A stretch of DNA of 64,000 nucleotides. It comes from Candidatus Poseidoniales archaeon (lineage in GTDB: Archaea > Thermoplasmatota > Poseidoniia > Poseidoniales > Thalassarchaeaceae). Both the position numbers and the translations under genes were made by a program. The DNA lies in the NCBI GenBank assembly GCA_028283505.1, contig JAPOFX010000003.1, positions 68,125-132,124 of the forward strand. Direction: 5' to 3'. Below, piece by piece: positions 18,419-26,733 of this stretch. The notes under the pieces are model-generated. The model searched no databases and was not told the DNA's origin. It saw only the letters and a program-made list of their open reading frames with translations. How positions within the stretch are numbered: position 1 is the stretch's first letter; every line of letters starts with the position of its first letter.

Positions 18419-21400
18419 CAGCTACCCCCCAAGAGTGTGGCTATTAGCGTCATTAGGCCCGAAGATACCGGTTCGATTACCATGATGTGCTGAGTGTCAC
18501 CTTCGAAGCCAGGAATAATGTTCAGAATGGAAAGATCTGATGCCATTCCGTTAACACCTATCGTTGTTGCAGTAGGAATTCCCGATGTTGTCTGTGCATC
18601 TAGAAGAACTCCCCTAAGATCGAACTCTTGTCCAGCTACCTCAGCTGATGCCCTGGCTGAAATGATTATCTTGCCACCCTGGACATCTGAAAGCTCAATT
18701 ACGGGGTAGCCTGGAAGTGTCGACGAAATTCTTCCAAATTCATGAATATGGATAGTGGCACTCTTCAAGTCCTCTCCCAATGCCTCCATTTCCTCCATTG
18801 TGACTGGAGGAGTTGTAGGGATGTTACTAGACCGGATGTATATTTTGTCGACACCGTCTCCCCCCGATCTAATATTCAAACCAAATCCATCAGCAGGTTT
18901 GATTATCAAGCTATCAGTCATTCCTTCTGCTAACAATATGATGTCTCCCTTGGTATTAATTGATCTACCAAAGGCCTCAATGTACAGGGACATCCCCTCG
19001 CCAGACGCACGATAATCCAATGTGGGAATCCCCTGGAAGGCTAGACTCTCCCTTATGTCGAAATCTGTATCGGGCTCCGTGGTGAGATTAATCGAGCCGG
19101 GAACATCTGTGAGGAAAATTGTGGCTGGCCACCACTCAGAGTCCATCCATTGCATCTGTTGCATCATGATGGAACTAATTCCTACACCGTCATCTTTGAG
19201 GTACTGTTCTGGAACCGTCATGTCTATCGATACAGCGGTTCCAAGAGATGCAGTGATGTCCACAACCTCTGGAATTTCATCAATCATTATCTCGGTTCTG
19301 CTACCAGCGTCCCTATTGATCAGTAAGACATGGGCCCATTCCAAGGGGTTGGTCATGGAATATCTTGCTGAGGTGGATACCTCTGTTATCCCTGCAACGT
19401 TTTCAAACTCGAATGTGGAGTCAATCAGCATGCCCGTTGGGACGCCGACTTGTAGACCATTCAATGTCATTAGGAGGTCTTGACCGTTTATGCCCATAGC
19501 TTGAATCATAATCTCGCTATGTGCGGGGACCCATCCATCGAGTGCTAACATAACTCCCCAGTCTTGTGAGTCCCCTTCAACGGATCTAGAGACTGACATG
19601 TCAACCACCGGAGGCAGATCAGGAATCCAGGTTCTCAGATGGAACCCGTCTGAAATTCCAGATGGAGAAGCGACAAATGAAACCCCATGTACCCAAGGTG
19701 GCGTTTCCAGTGAGCCATCGCCGTGGCTGGCCTCAACGACAAGATCGAACGGTGCATTCGCCTCTAGCTGCATACCGAATGAGAAATTTTCATTTGATTC
19801 CCCAGAGCTTGAGCCTGTGGAAATATCGGTTGTAATCCCGGAAAGAACAGCATTTAAGGACCTTCCTAGATCAGAGAATCCTCCGAGGAAGAATGCGAGC
19901 CCTGAAAGGCCTTGTGTCGAATTGAGTTCAGGGATGTCCAAAGCTTGTCCTGAATCAGAGCTTGTTGGAACTTCTACAGATACCGATGATGGTAGTGGGT
20001 CAATTATCGCAACGGCTGTCAGGAGGTCCTCATCCATGGTTGGAGCGTGATCCACGCTGAAGCTCATGATCCTGTCACCTGAGGCAGACAATGACGCCTT
20101 TCCCCTGCCATCTGGGCCAAATGCTCCCTCGGAGACAGGAGGAATCCAGCTGACCTCGGAAATACCGGAGATTCTAGATGAGATGGCAGAGGTTCCATCA
20201 TTCGGGTCATGATGAAACATAAAGTGATCACCAGACATCGTTTCTGGGGCTTGTGAGTCTGTAATCTGAGCCTCTATTGTGCCGATAGATGTCCCTGTGC
20301 TCCAGCTTGAATATGATCCAAATAGAGCTGTGAACTCATCCGGGAAGTCGGTTATCTCGACGGCTTGCCTTTGTTCCAAATCCTTTCCAGTATAGATTAT
20401 TTTGTCGATTCCACCCGATGATGTGTAGACCGCTGTTTCGTCATCGACGTAAACCCTGATATCATCCGGAATATCCGAGACATACAGAGACTGGAATGAA
20501 GACTCTGAAATCGTTCTTGGATCATGATCCAAGTACGTAAAATTGAATGGCTCAGAAGAGGATGTATTTACTGATATTGTCAATTGGTCGAGAATATCAT
20601 CATCATCTACTGAAAGGGCTGACAGCCCACTGAATTCTATACTAGCGGCAACGGGGACCAAGGGGTCTACTAATGTTCCATCTCTGCTCAAAACCTGAGT
20701 CAGTGACCTGTCTTTCGCCAAGACCAGATGGTCGCCTTGGAGTATCGGATGAGGGCTTGACCCTATTTGCAAACCGATTTTCCCAATGGATAACTCGTTT
20801 CTGAGGACACCCCAGTTGTCGTGCATTATCAGATTGAATTCCCTGCCCTGCAAATCTCCGCTCGGACCTACGCTACCGGTGATTGCTTCCACGACGGTCG
20901 CGGGAATGCCGTTTAGTACTCCCCCAACTTCCAGGTAGAGATCGACTAAATCCATGATTAATGAGTCTAGAATACGAGAAACGAAATCTAGGTTATCGGA
21001 GTTATCCAAGCTTATGTCATCGTCATCCTCGCCACTCACATCGAAGGAACCGTATAGCACTAAAGCGGAGGGAATTGATTGTATGGAGATGCTAACTTTC
21101 CTGTGATCAGATGCTTCTCCTCCTCTCTCGAACCATGATTCATAGTCGATTGATTCCAGGGGCTGAGCTGACCTCAGCAATATCATACTTATTGGGGGGT
21201 ATGCAGGGTTTACTGGAAGAGTGGGATCATCCTCGTTGGGACTAGTATCCCTCGAGAAATTCTTGATTCCTAATATCAAACCCAGTCTGCCAGGCTTACC
21301 TCCAGGTAACTCTGGCTCGTCGGATGAGCCTAGCATTCTGAAGATCCTAGTTATCTCTCCTTGAGACATTGACCCCTCAGGCATTCCCCTGAGCCATCCG

Positions 21401-22812
21401 AGTGAATTTGTAGTGTTGCCATGTGCCCCCTCATTCTCATCTTGGGGGATTCCTGACCTATCTTCATGGAAATGAATATGCAAGTCAGATCTTCTATCAG
21501 CGAAATACTCCACGGTTGTAAGGCTCCTGTCTCCCTCAATTCCGCCTGCCGCTGGTATAGTGCTGTCCGTTCTGATGACCAATTCCAGATCCCCGGGAAT
21601 CATCTCCGAAACCCCGTTGGGCTTGACGTCGAGGTCGATGTACGCTAATTCCCACAATTCCCTGTCTCCATCCGAAGGGGGGGAGAATCTCCCGTAACCA
21701 AGACCCACCGATATCCCACAGTCAATCTCGCTTGGGGGGAGGAATAGAAGTTGCTCTGGGCTATACCTGTCCGGGCACGAGTCCATGTCGCTGGAGTCGA
21801 GGGATATCGAGTAGGGTGCAGAAATGCCGATCAGGGTTAGTCCCGAACCATCAAAGTTTGATCCGAATATGTTCACTATTGCCGCTAAAAGGTCCTGTAA
21901 CACAGCACTAGCATTGAAGAATACTCTCTCAATGCCGATATCCAGAGAAAAGTCCTGTGGCATTGTTGAGAATTTTGAGTCGACAACCCAAACATAACTC
22001 TCCCCGTCACCGAGTGCAAGTACTGAGTCTGGGCTGGAGTAGGCGAAAGGCTTGATTAGGGAAACCTGCAAGGAGTCCATTTCATTCCATACAGGATCTG
22101 TCTGACTTTCATCGAGCACGTCTACTTTGTATGATACCGATGGCTGTATCCACAATGTTCCAGTGTCAATATCTATGTTGCCCAGTCCAAAATTTCCTAG
22201 AGATATACTGAGGCCGACTTGGATATCATTATCTCCATCATTATCGATATCCACGGCGTGGCTCAGGGGGTCAGTTTGAGGATTTATCAGAGAGAGGAAG
22301 TTGGTAGTGAAAGTTACAACATTAGTGCCTGTAACGGTATTTCCTTCGAGGTCTATGTATTCCGTCAATATCACATAATCCGTTATGTTTACCAATGTCT
22401 GCCAGACATTGTCCACATTTACTGAGTCTTCCTCGCCGGTTATCAGTCTGTAAGGGAGGGGGTGTTCGGAGCCAGGAGAGAGAGTCTCGCTGAACGATGT
22501 GCCTTCCAAGGATTGGCCAATGGTGGATAACGGGTCCGATTGACCACTCAGAGAAATCCCGTCTCTGACACCCTGGATGGTCGGACCAGCAATCTGCCCG
22601 ACTGAGTTAGAGTCCAAAACTGCTTGACGCTCGCCCATCACATCAGAAAGCCTGTCTAGAATCTCGAAGTCCTGAGACTCTATCCTTGCCTCCGCCTCGG
22701 CTTGTTGGATTGGGTAGAAAAGTGGAATAAGCATCATAAGAACCAGGACTAATGCTCTGTTGCTTGAAACATTGGGGGCGCCATGTAGAACACGGACACC
22801 GCTCTTGTTCAT
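18418..22812 (-). CDS. Giant (1464 aa) acidic secreted protein with no domain I can recognise
   Basis: N-terminal signal/anchor NRALVLVLMMLIPLFYPIQQAEAEA. Strong D/E/S/T bias throughout. One DIDNDGDNDIQ calcium-loop-like element. The protein ends in a short hydrophobic stretch, SSGLMTLIATLLGGS, with no basic tail. Confidence 0.6.
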   Translation of the reverse strand: MNKSGVRVLHGAPNVSSNRALVLVLMMLIPLFYPIQQAEAEARIESQDFEILDRLSDVMGERQAVLDSNSVGQIAGPTIQGVRDGISLSGQSDPLSTIGQSLEGTSFSETLSPGSEHPLPYRLITGEEDSVNVDNVWQTLVNITDYVILTEYIDLEGNTVTGTNVVTFTTNFLSLINPQTDPLSHAVDIDNDGDNDIQVGLSISLGNFGLGNIDIDTGTLWIQPSVSYKVDVLDESQTDPVWNEMDSLQVSLIKPFAYSSPDSVLALGDGESYVWVVDSKFSTMPQDFSLDIGIERVFFNASAVLQDLLAAIVNIFGSNFDGSGLTLIGISAPYSISLDSSDMDSCPDRYSPEQLLFLPPSEIDCGISVGLGYGRFSPPSDGDRELWELAYIDLDVKPNGVSEMIPGDLELVIRTDSTIPAAGGIEGDRSLTTVEYFADRRSDLHIHFHEDRSGIPQDENEGAHGNTTNSLGWLRGMPEGSMSQGEITRIFRMLGSSDEPELPGGKPGRLGLILGIKNFSRDTSPNEDDPTLPVNPAYPPISMILLRSAQPLESIDYESWFERGGEASDHRKVSISIQSIPSALVLYGSFDVSGEDDDDISLDNSDNLDFVSRILDSLIMDLVDLYLEVGGVLNGIPATVVEAITGSVGPSGDLQGREFNLIMHDNWGVLRNELSIGKIGLQIGSSPHPILQGDHLVLAKDRSLTQVLSRDGTLVDPLVPVAASIEFSGLSALSVDDDDILDQLTISVNTSSSEPFNFTYLDHDPRTISESSFQSLYVSDIPDDIRVYVDDETAVYTSSGGIDKIIYTGKDLEQRQAVEITDFPDEFTALFGSYSSWSTGTSIGTIEAQITDSQAPETMSGDHFMFHHDPNDGTSAISSRISGISEVSWIPPVSEGAFGPDGRGKASLSASGDRIMSFSVDHAPTMDEDLLTAVAIIDPLPSSVSVEVPTSSDSGQALDIPELNSTQGLSGLAFFLGGFSDLGRSLNAVLSGITTDISTGSSSGESNENFSFGMQLEANAPFDLVVEASHGDGSLETPPWVHGVSFVASPSGISDGFHLRTWIPDLPPVVDMSVSRSVEGDSQDWGVMLALDGWVPAHSEIMIQAMGINGQDLLMTLNGLQVGVPTGMLIDSTFEFENVAGITEVSTSARYSMTNPLEWAHVLLINRDAGSRTEIMIDEIPEVVDITASLGTAVSIDMTVPEQYLKDDGVGISSIMMQQMQWMDSEWWPATIFLTDVPGSINLTTEPDTDFDIRESLAFQGIPTLDYRASGEGMSLYIEAFGRSINTKGDIILLAEGMTDSLIIKPADGFGLNIRSGGDGVDKIYIRSSNIPTTPPVTMEEMEALGEDLKSATIHIHEFGRISSTLPGYPVIELSDVQGGKIIISARASAEVAGQEFDLRGVLLDAQTTSGIPTATTIGVNGMASDLSILNIIPGFEGDTQHIMVIEPVSSGLMTLIATLLGGS

Positions 22813-22815
22813 GCA

Positions 22816-22834
22816 CGCACCTCTAAGAGGTGCG
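22816..22834 (-). promoter_or_regulatory. 8-bp stem / 3-nt loop hairpin sequestering the Shine-Dalgarno-like GAGGTG of the 1464-aa gene
   Basis: The minus strand reads CGCACCTC-TTA-GAGGTGCG-TGC-ATG. The 3' arm contains GAGGTG with its last base 5 nt before the ATG at 22812, and the 5' arm is its exact complement. Confidence 0.4.
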
Positions 22835-22895
22835 CTAAAGGCTATTGCCCTTCCTGATTAAGATAAATATCCTCATTGAGACCGTTTTGGAATCA

Positions 22896-25298
22896 TCATT
22901 CTATCTCTACGATCTCCATTGATCCGCAATGGGGGCAAGCTGTCTTGGCTCTGTCCAAACCCTTTGGCAAATCTACTTCGAACATCTTGTCGCACTCAGA
23001 ACAATTCTTCCTGACTGTTCTGTTTTCTTCTTGTTCTTGGGCCTCTTCCTGGACGTGATCTTGTAATTGATTAGATTGTTCTGGATTATGCCCTGCCTCG
23101 GCCCCTTCTCGTTTTTCCGATTCCTCTGTGAATGAGTATTCCACAACGCTTTCCAGAATCTGAGATGGGGGGTCTTCGTCTTCGAATGCACTGAGGAGAT
23201 CGGCGGCAAGGCTATCGGAGGGATCCGATTGAGAAGGCTGTGAAAGTAGTTCAGCAAATTCTTCCTCACTGATCTCCAGTGAGCTGGCCTCTGAATCTGG
23301 AGCGGAGGCCCCCGACATGCCACTTGCAATATCCCCGATAGCCATTGGTTGCGTGTTTGATAGAGTTCCGCCAGAGCCTCCCCACATGGCTTTCTGCTCC
23401 TCGGCTGAGGGCTCCCTGACAACAGTTTGGTCTTCCTCCGCTTCGGTTTCGGAGTCGGCGAGCAAAGCGGCCACTCTCCTATTTGAGGCGATTCTCAAAT
23501 ATGCCAAGAAAGAGAGTACAAAAAGTAGTGATAATGCCCCTAGGGCCATCAGAAGGTCGCTTAGTCCAATCCCATCTCCGCTCTCAGCGTCTGTGACTGT
23601 AACGAGTATTTCTACATCTGAAACCAGCCCCTCGTCGTTCTGGACCCTGCAGATTACCCGGTATACTCCCGACTCTGAGAATGTATGCTGTACCGTCGGT
23701 CCGACAGCGTCCTCGTCGTTGTCCACGGTTCCGTCGCCATCGGTATCTACCTGAGCATTGAAATCCCAAGAGTAGTACAGACTTTCCGACTCTTGATCTT
23801 CGAAAGGTACTCCCAGGGTAGTTGATTGTCCTTGGACAGACCTCAAGGTGCTGTCAAACACTCCAGGGATCGGGGGGGTCGAGTCAAACAGTTGGATGGA
23901 AGCGGTGTCTTCCGAAGACATCCCAGAGAGATCGGTTACTCTGAGAGTGATCATGTGAATTCCGGATTCGGCCTCTGAGGGGAATGTGTATGCGAACGTG
24001 CGTGCAGATTCAAAATCGGCTTCGAAGGTTGACTGGATCGCACCGTCCAGTATCCACTCGACCTTTGAAACACCCCAGTTATCACTGAAGGTCGAATCGA
24101 CGACTATGTTCTCGTTGAACGATCTTTCAAGAATTCCATCAACTAAAATTTCCACTTCAGGAGGCGACATGTCCTCAATCGTTATGTCTTCGTATACGCT
24201 AGTACTCCTTCCATCTATCCCTAGGACTGATAGTCTGATTGTCAGATTACTCGGCTCTGGCCAGCTGATGTTGAAGGCCTTCTCGGTACTATCTTCAAAT
24301 CCGTCCCCGTCAGTGTCCCATGAGTATCCTGATTCGGGAATTTGATCGGAGAGGTTGGGGGTTTCTGATGCATCAAGAGTGATTTCCGAGCCGACATCGA
24401 CGATTCCGGAGGAGGGTATTCCAGATACTTTTGGATCCATTATCGGAGTAAGTGATAGGACAACCGTGGATGCGATTGGAAGTGTTCCTGCACCTCCTCC
24501 CGACGGTCCAGGCTTATTGTCCACAACGAGGTAGAGTTCCTTTCCCTCCAAAGATTCTGGAACTGTCCAAACTAGGTTCCTGCTTGAGGTTACAAGAAGC
24601 AGATCGGTTCCTTGGACTCGGGCTGCTGCTGTTCCTCCCCCATTGTACATTTCCAACTGATCATCATCCATAAGAAAAACATCAGGGGCTCCCTGCATTG
24701 TGCTTACGTCTATCCTCACTTGGGTCCCTTTGTCCATCGAGAAGGGGCCGTAGAGGGTGGAGCTCTGGCCGGATTCCAATCGAACGATGGTGTCCACTAG
24801 AGTGAACGGTTCAGGTATCACAGTTGAGATGTCCAGAGTCACTGAAGCTGGATTTCCTCCTTGGTCACCTGACCCGGAATCTTGCGGATGCGCGAGGTTG
24901 TCTATCACCATATACCACCTTGTGGCGTCTCTATCAGATGGAACAGTCCAATGCCATTCCCCTGAACCATTGAATGCCTCGAAAACTGAGTCGCTTTCCC
25001 AGACAGAGTCGCTCCTGTATGACTGCTCGTTCTGATAAACGGTTATTGCGTTTGAAGAGAACAACAGTATGTCTATCTCAGAATCTGTGGAGATATCGAA
25101 GGATATTGTCTCGCCCTGCTGAAGCACTCCGAGATCTACCCTGACGCAGGACTGATCCTGAACATCCCAATTCGCCGGCATCATTTCCATATCTGCTCCA
25201 GCACATGTAACGACGCCCCTAGAGGAGTCAGCGTTTGCGAGAGGCGAGCAAGTGGCCATCAAGAGGGTGGCGACGGTCAGTATTGTGGTTGCACGCAC
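22896..25298 (-). CDS. Membrane-anchored surface protein with tandem N-terminal beta-sandwich repeats, PKD domains, a long acidic cytoplasmic tail and a C-terminal zinc ribbon
   Basis: GTG start and signal peptide MRATTILTVATLLMATCSPLANA. PKD-type motifs YSWDTDGDGFEDS and YYSWDFNAQVDTDGDGTVDNDEDAVGPTVQHTFSESGVYRVICRVQNDEGL. TM helix LLMALGALSLLFVLSFLAYL. The 199-aa D/E/S-rich tail ends in CSECDKMFEVDLPKGLDRAKTACPHCGS. Confidence 0.75.
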   Translation of the reverse strand: MRATTILTVATLLMATCSPLANADSSRGVVTCAGADMEMMPANWDVQDQSCVRVDLGVLQQGETISFDISTDSEIDILLFSSNAITVYQNEQSYRSDSVWESDSVFEAFNGSGEWHWTVPSDRDATRWYMVIDNLAHPQDSGSGDQGGNPASVTLDISTVIPEPFTLVDTIVRLESGQSSTLYGPFSMDKGTQVRIDVSTMQGAPDVFLMDDDQLEMYNGGGTAAARVQGTDLLLVTSSRNLVWTVPESLEGKELYLVVDNKPGPSGGGAGTLPIASTVVLSLTPIMDPKVSGIPSSGIVDVGSEITLDASETPNLSDQIPESGYSWDTDGDGFEDSTEKAFNISWPEPSNLTIRLSVLGIDGRSTSVYEDITIEDMSPPEVEILVDGILERSFNENIVVDSTFSDNWGVSKVEWILDGAIQSTFEADFESARTFAYTFPSEAESGIHMITLRVTDLSGMSSEDTASIQLFDSTPPIPGVFDSTLRSVQGQSTTLGVPFEDQESESLYYSWDFNAQVDTDGDGTVDNDEDAVGPTVQHTFSESGVYRVICRVQNDEGLVSDVEILVTVTDAESGDGIGLSDLLMALGALSLLFVLSFLAYLRIASNRRVAALLADSETEAEEDQTVVREPSAEEQKAMWGGSGGTLSNTQPMAIGDIASGMSGASAPDSEASSLEISEEEFAELLSQPSQSDPSDSLAADLLSAFEDEDPPSQILESVVEYSFTEESEKREGAEAGHNPEQSNQLQDHVQEEAQEQEENRTVRKNCSECDKMFEVDLPKGLDRAKTACPHCGSMEIVEIE

Positions 25299-25354
25299 GG
25301 ATTAGGGTTATCGTTCCCCTTTTGAATCATATTGACCATACGCTCATTCACGAG

Positions 25355-25609
25355 TCAAAGGTTCTTGGGAAGAGGCGTTGGCGGGAACCATCGCAGCAAA
25401 ACGACATCACCAACCGACCTGACCCACTTCCAGGGTATTGCAAGGTGAGTTCGTCCCTCTACCAAGTCTGCAGGAGGATCTGAGACAAATATGTGGGTAC
25501 ATGACCAGTCATCCGTGTTGACGAAGGAGTCGTATACAGTCCCGAGCAGCCTTCCACTAGGAAGAATGACTGGAAGGCCCCTGATCTCCGATGCGTGCAG
25601 GTCAGCCAT
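25355..25609 (-). CDS. PRC-barrel domain protein
   Basis: 84 aa. The pattern EIRGLPVILPSGRLLGTVYDSFVNTDDWSCTHIFVS...HLAIPWKWVRSVGDVVLL matches the PRC-barrel consensus layout. Confidence 0.55.
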   Translation of the reverse strand: MADLHASEIRGLPVILPSGRLLGTVYDSFVNTDDWSCTHIFVSDPPADLVEGRTHLAIPWKWVRSVGDVVLLRWFPPTPLPKNL

Positions 25610-25656
25610 TGATCAGTGGGATAGCTCACATGGCATCAATATGACGGAGGCCAGTC

Positions 25657-26244
25657 TTACTTTCCACGGTTCTTGTTGGCCTTGAGGCTCGGGCGGAGCT
25701 TCTCAGCGCCCTTGCCCTTGTTCAATAGTCCTCGCCCTCTCTTTCCGGAGCTGGTCTTTCCTCTGAATGCACGTCCCGAATGGCTGTTTCCTTCCGATAC
25801 CCATGAGAGCTCATTGTCCGAGACAATGGCCGGGTGGGACGGATCAAGGAGTATTACCTCGTAGAACTTGTTCTTACCATCCTCACCAACCCAGTAAGAG
25901 TTCAGGACCTCAAGATTTGGATATCTTCTGCTGACCCTCTCTTCGGCTATCCTCTGAACCGACTTGGCCATAGTGATTTTCTTTATTCCAGACTTTGATG
26001 GCTTCCTCTTCATGTGGATCTTACCTTTCCTGAGTCCGCCACGCCTGACTCTAGTCCTGACCAACACCACTCCCTGCTTAGCCTTGTATCCAAGTCTTCG
26101 GGCGGCATCGATCCTCGTCGGCCTCTGGATTCGCTGGAAAACGGGATCCTTCCTCCAAGAGGCCATCCTGTCGCGCCTGTGGAGCATTGGCATGCCTTCC
26201 TTGGGCTTCTTCCACGTTTCTCGAACGTACTTTGCGATGCCCAT
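25657..26244 (-). CDS. rpl15e: 50S ribosomal protein L15e (eL15)
   Basis: Motifs: MGIAKYVRETWKKPKEG...RIQRPTRIDAARRLGYKAKQGVVLVRTRVRRGG...SYWVGEDGKNKFYEVILLDPSHPAI. GGAGGT lies 7 nt upstream of the ATG. Confidence 0.95.
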   Translation of the reverse strand: MGIAKYVRETWKKPKEGMPMLHRRDRMASWRKDPVFQRIQRPTRIDAARRLGYKAKQGVVLVRTRVRRGGLRKGKIHMKRKPSKSGIKKITMAKSVQRIAEERVSRRYPNLEVLNSYWVGEDGKNKFYEVILLDPSHPAIVSDNELSWVSEGNSHSGRAFRGKTSSGKRGRGLLNKGKGAEKLRPSLKANKNRGK

Positions 26245-26412
26245 TTGATAACCTCCAGCAGCCGGCCGAGCAAAGTCCCCTTTATGAGCCTGCCCACATG
26301 ATCATAATATCAAAGTGGGTAGGAAATAGTAACACATACCCTCCAATTATGTCCTACTTCCTTGTGCAAGAGCGCTTACTTTCTAACCTGAACAGAGCGT
26401 CAATGGGATTAG

Positions 26413-26516
26413 TGGTCCGCGCTCCCGGACTTGAACCGGGGACCCCCTGATGGCTGCCTACAACCATGTGTTTCCAGTCTACAGTCAGGTGCTCTAGCCA
26501 ACTGAGCTAAGCGCGG
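26413..26516 (-). tRNA. tRNA-Tyr (GUA) with a 27-nt intron at the canonical 37/38 position and encoded CCA
   Basis: Manual fold of the minus strand. Acceptor CCGCGCT/AGCGCGG, with the C1-G72 pair typical of archaeal tRNA-Tyr. D arm GCTC-AGTTGGCTA-GAGC. Anticodon stem CCTGA/TCAGG and loop CTGTAG|intron|A. T arm CCCGG-TTCAAGT-CCGGG. Discriminator A followed by CCA. The mature length is 77 nt. Confidence 0.85.
26452..26478 (-). other. tRNA-Tyr intron (27 nt) with a bulge-helix-bulge splice motif
   Basis: Intron sequence: ACTGGAAACACATGGTTGTAGGCAGCC. Nucleotides 32-35 (CUGU) pair with intron GCAG as the 4-bp central helix. The flanking 3-nt bulges are AG|A and CC|A, and both splice sites fall after the second bulge nucleotide. 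Confidence 0.7.
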
Positions 26517-26733
26517 CGCGTGCACTCCTAGAGCTTTTGCCTTATGTCGCTTTCCGGAGAACGGCCAAGCCCGTAGGCCTGATAAACCGGCACTTCGGAC
26601 CTCGTCCGGCCCCTCAAACTTAAGAATGCGAAGAATTGGAACTCACGTCCGTAAGGCAGCAATGCCGGGGATGCACGGGGGATATTTGGTGAGAGGAGTC
26701 ATTGATTCTCAAGCTACCCCTGGCTCCAGTAGG

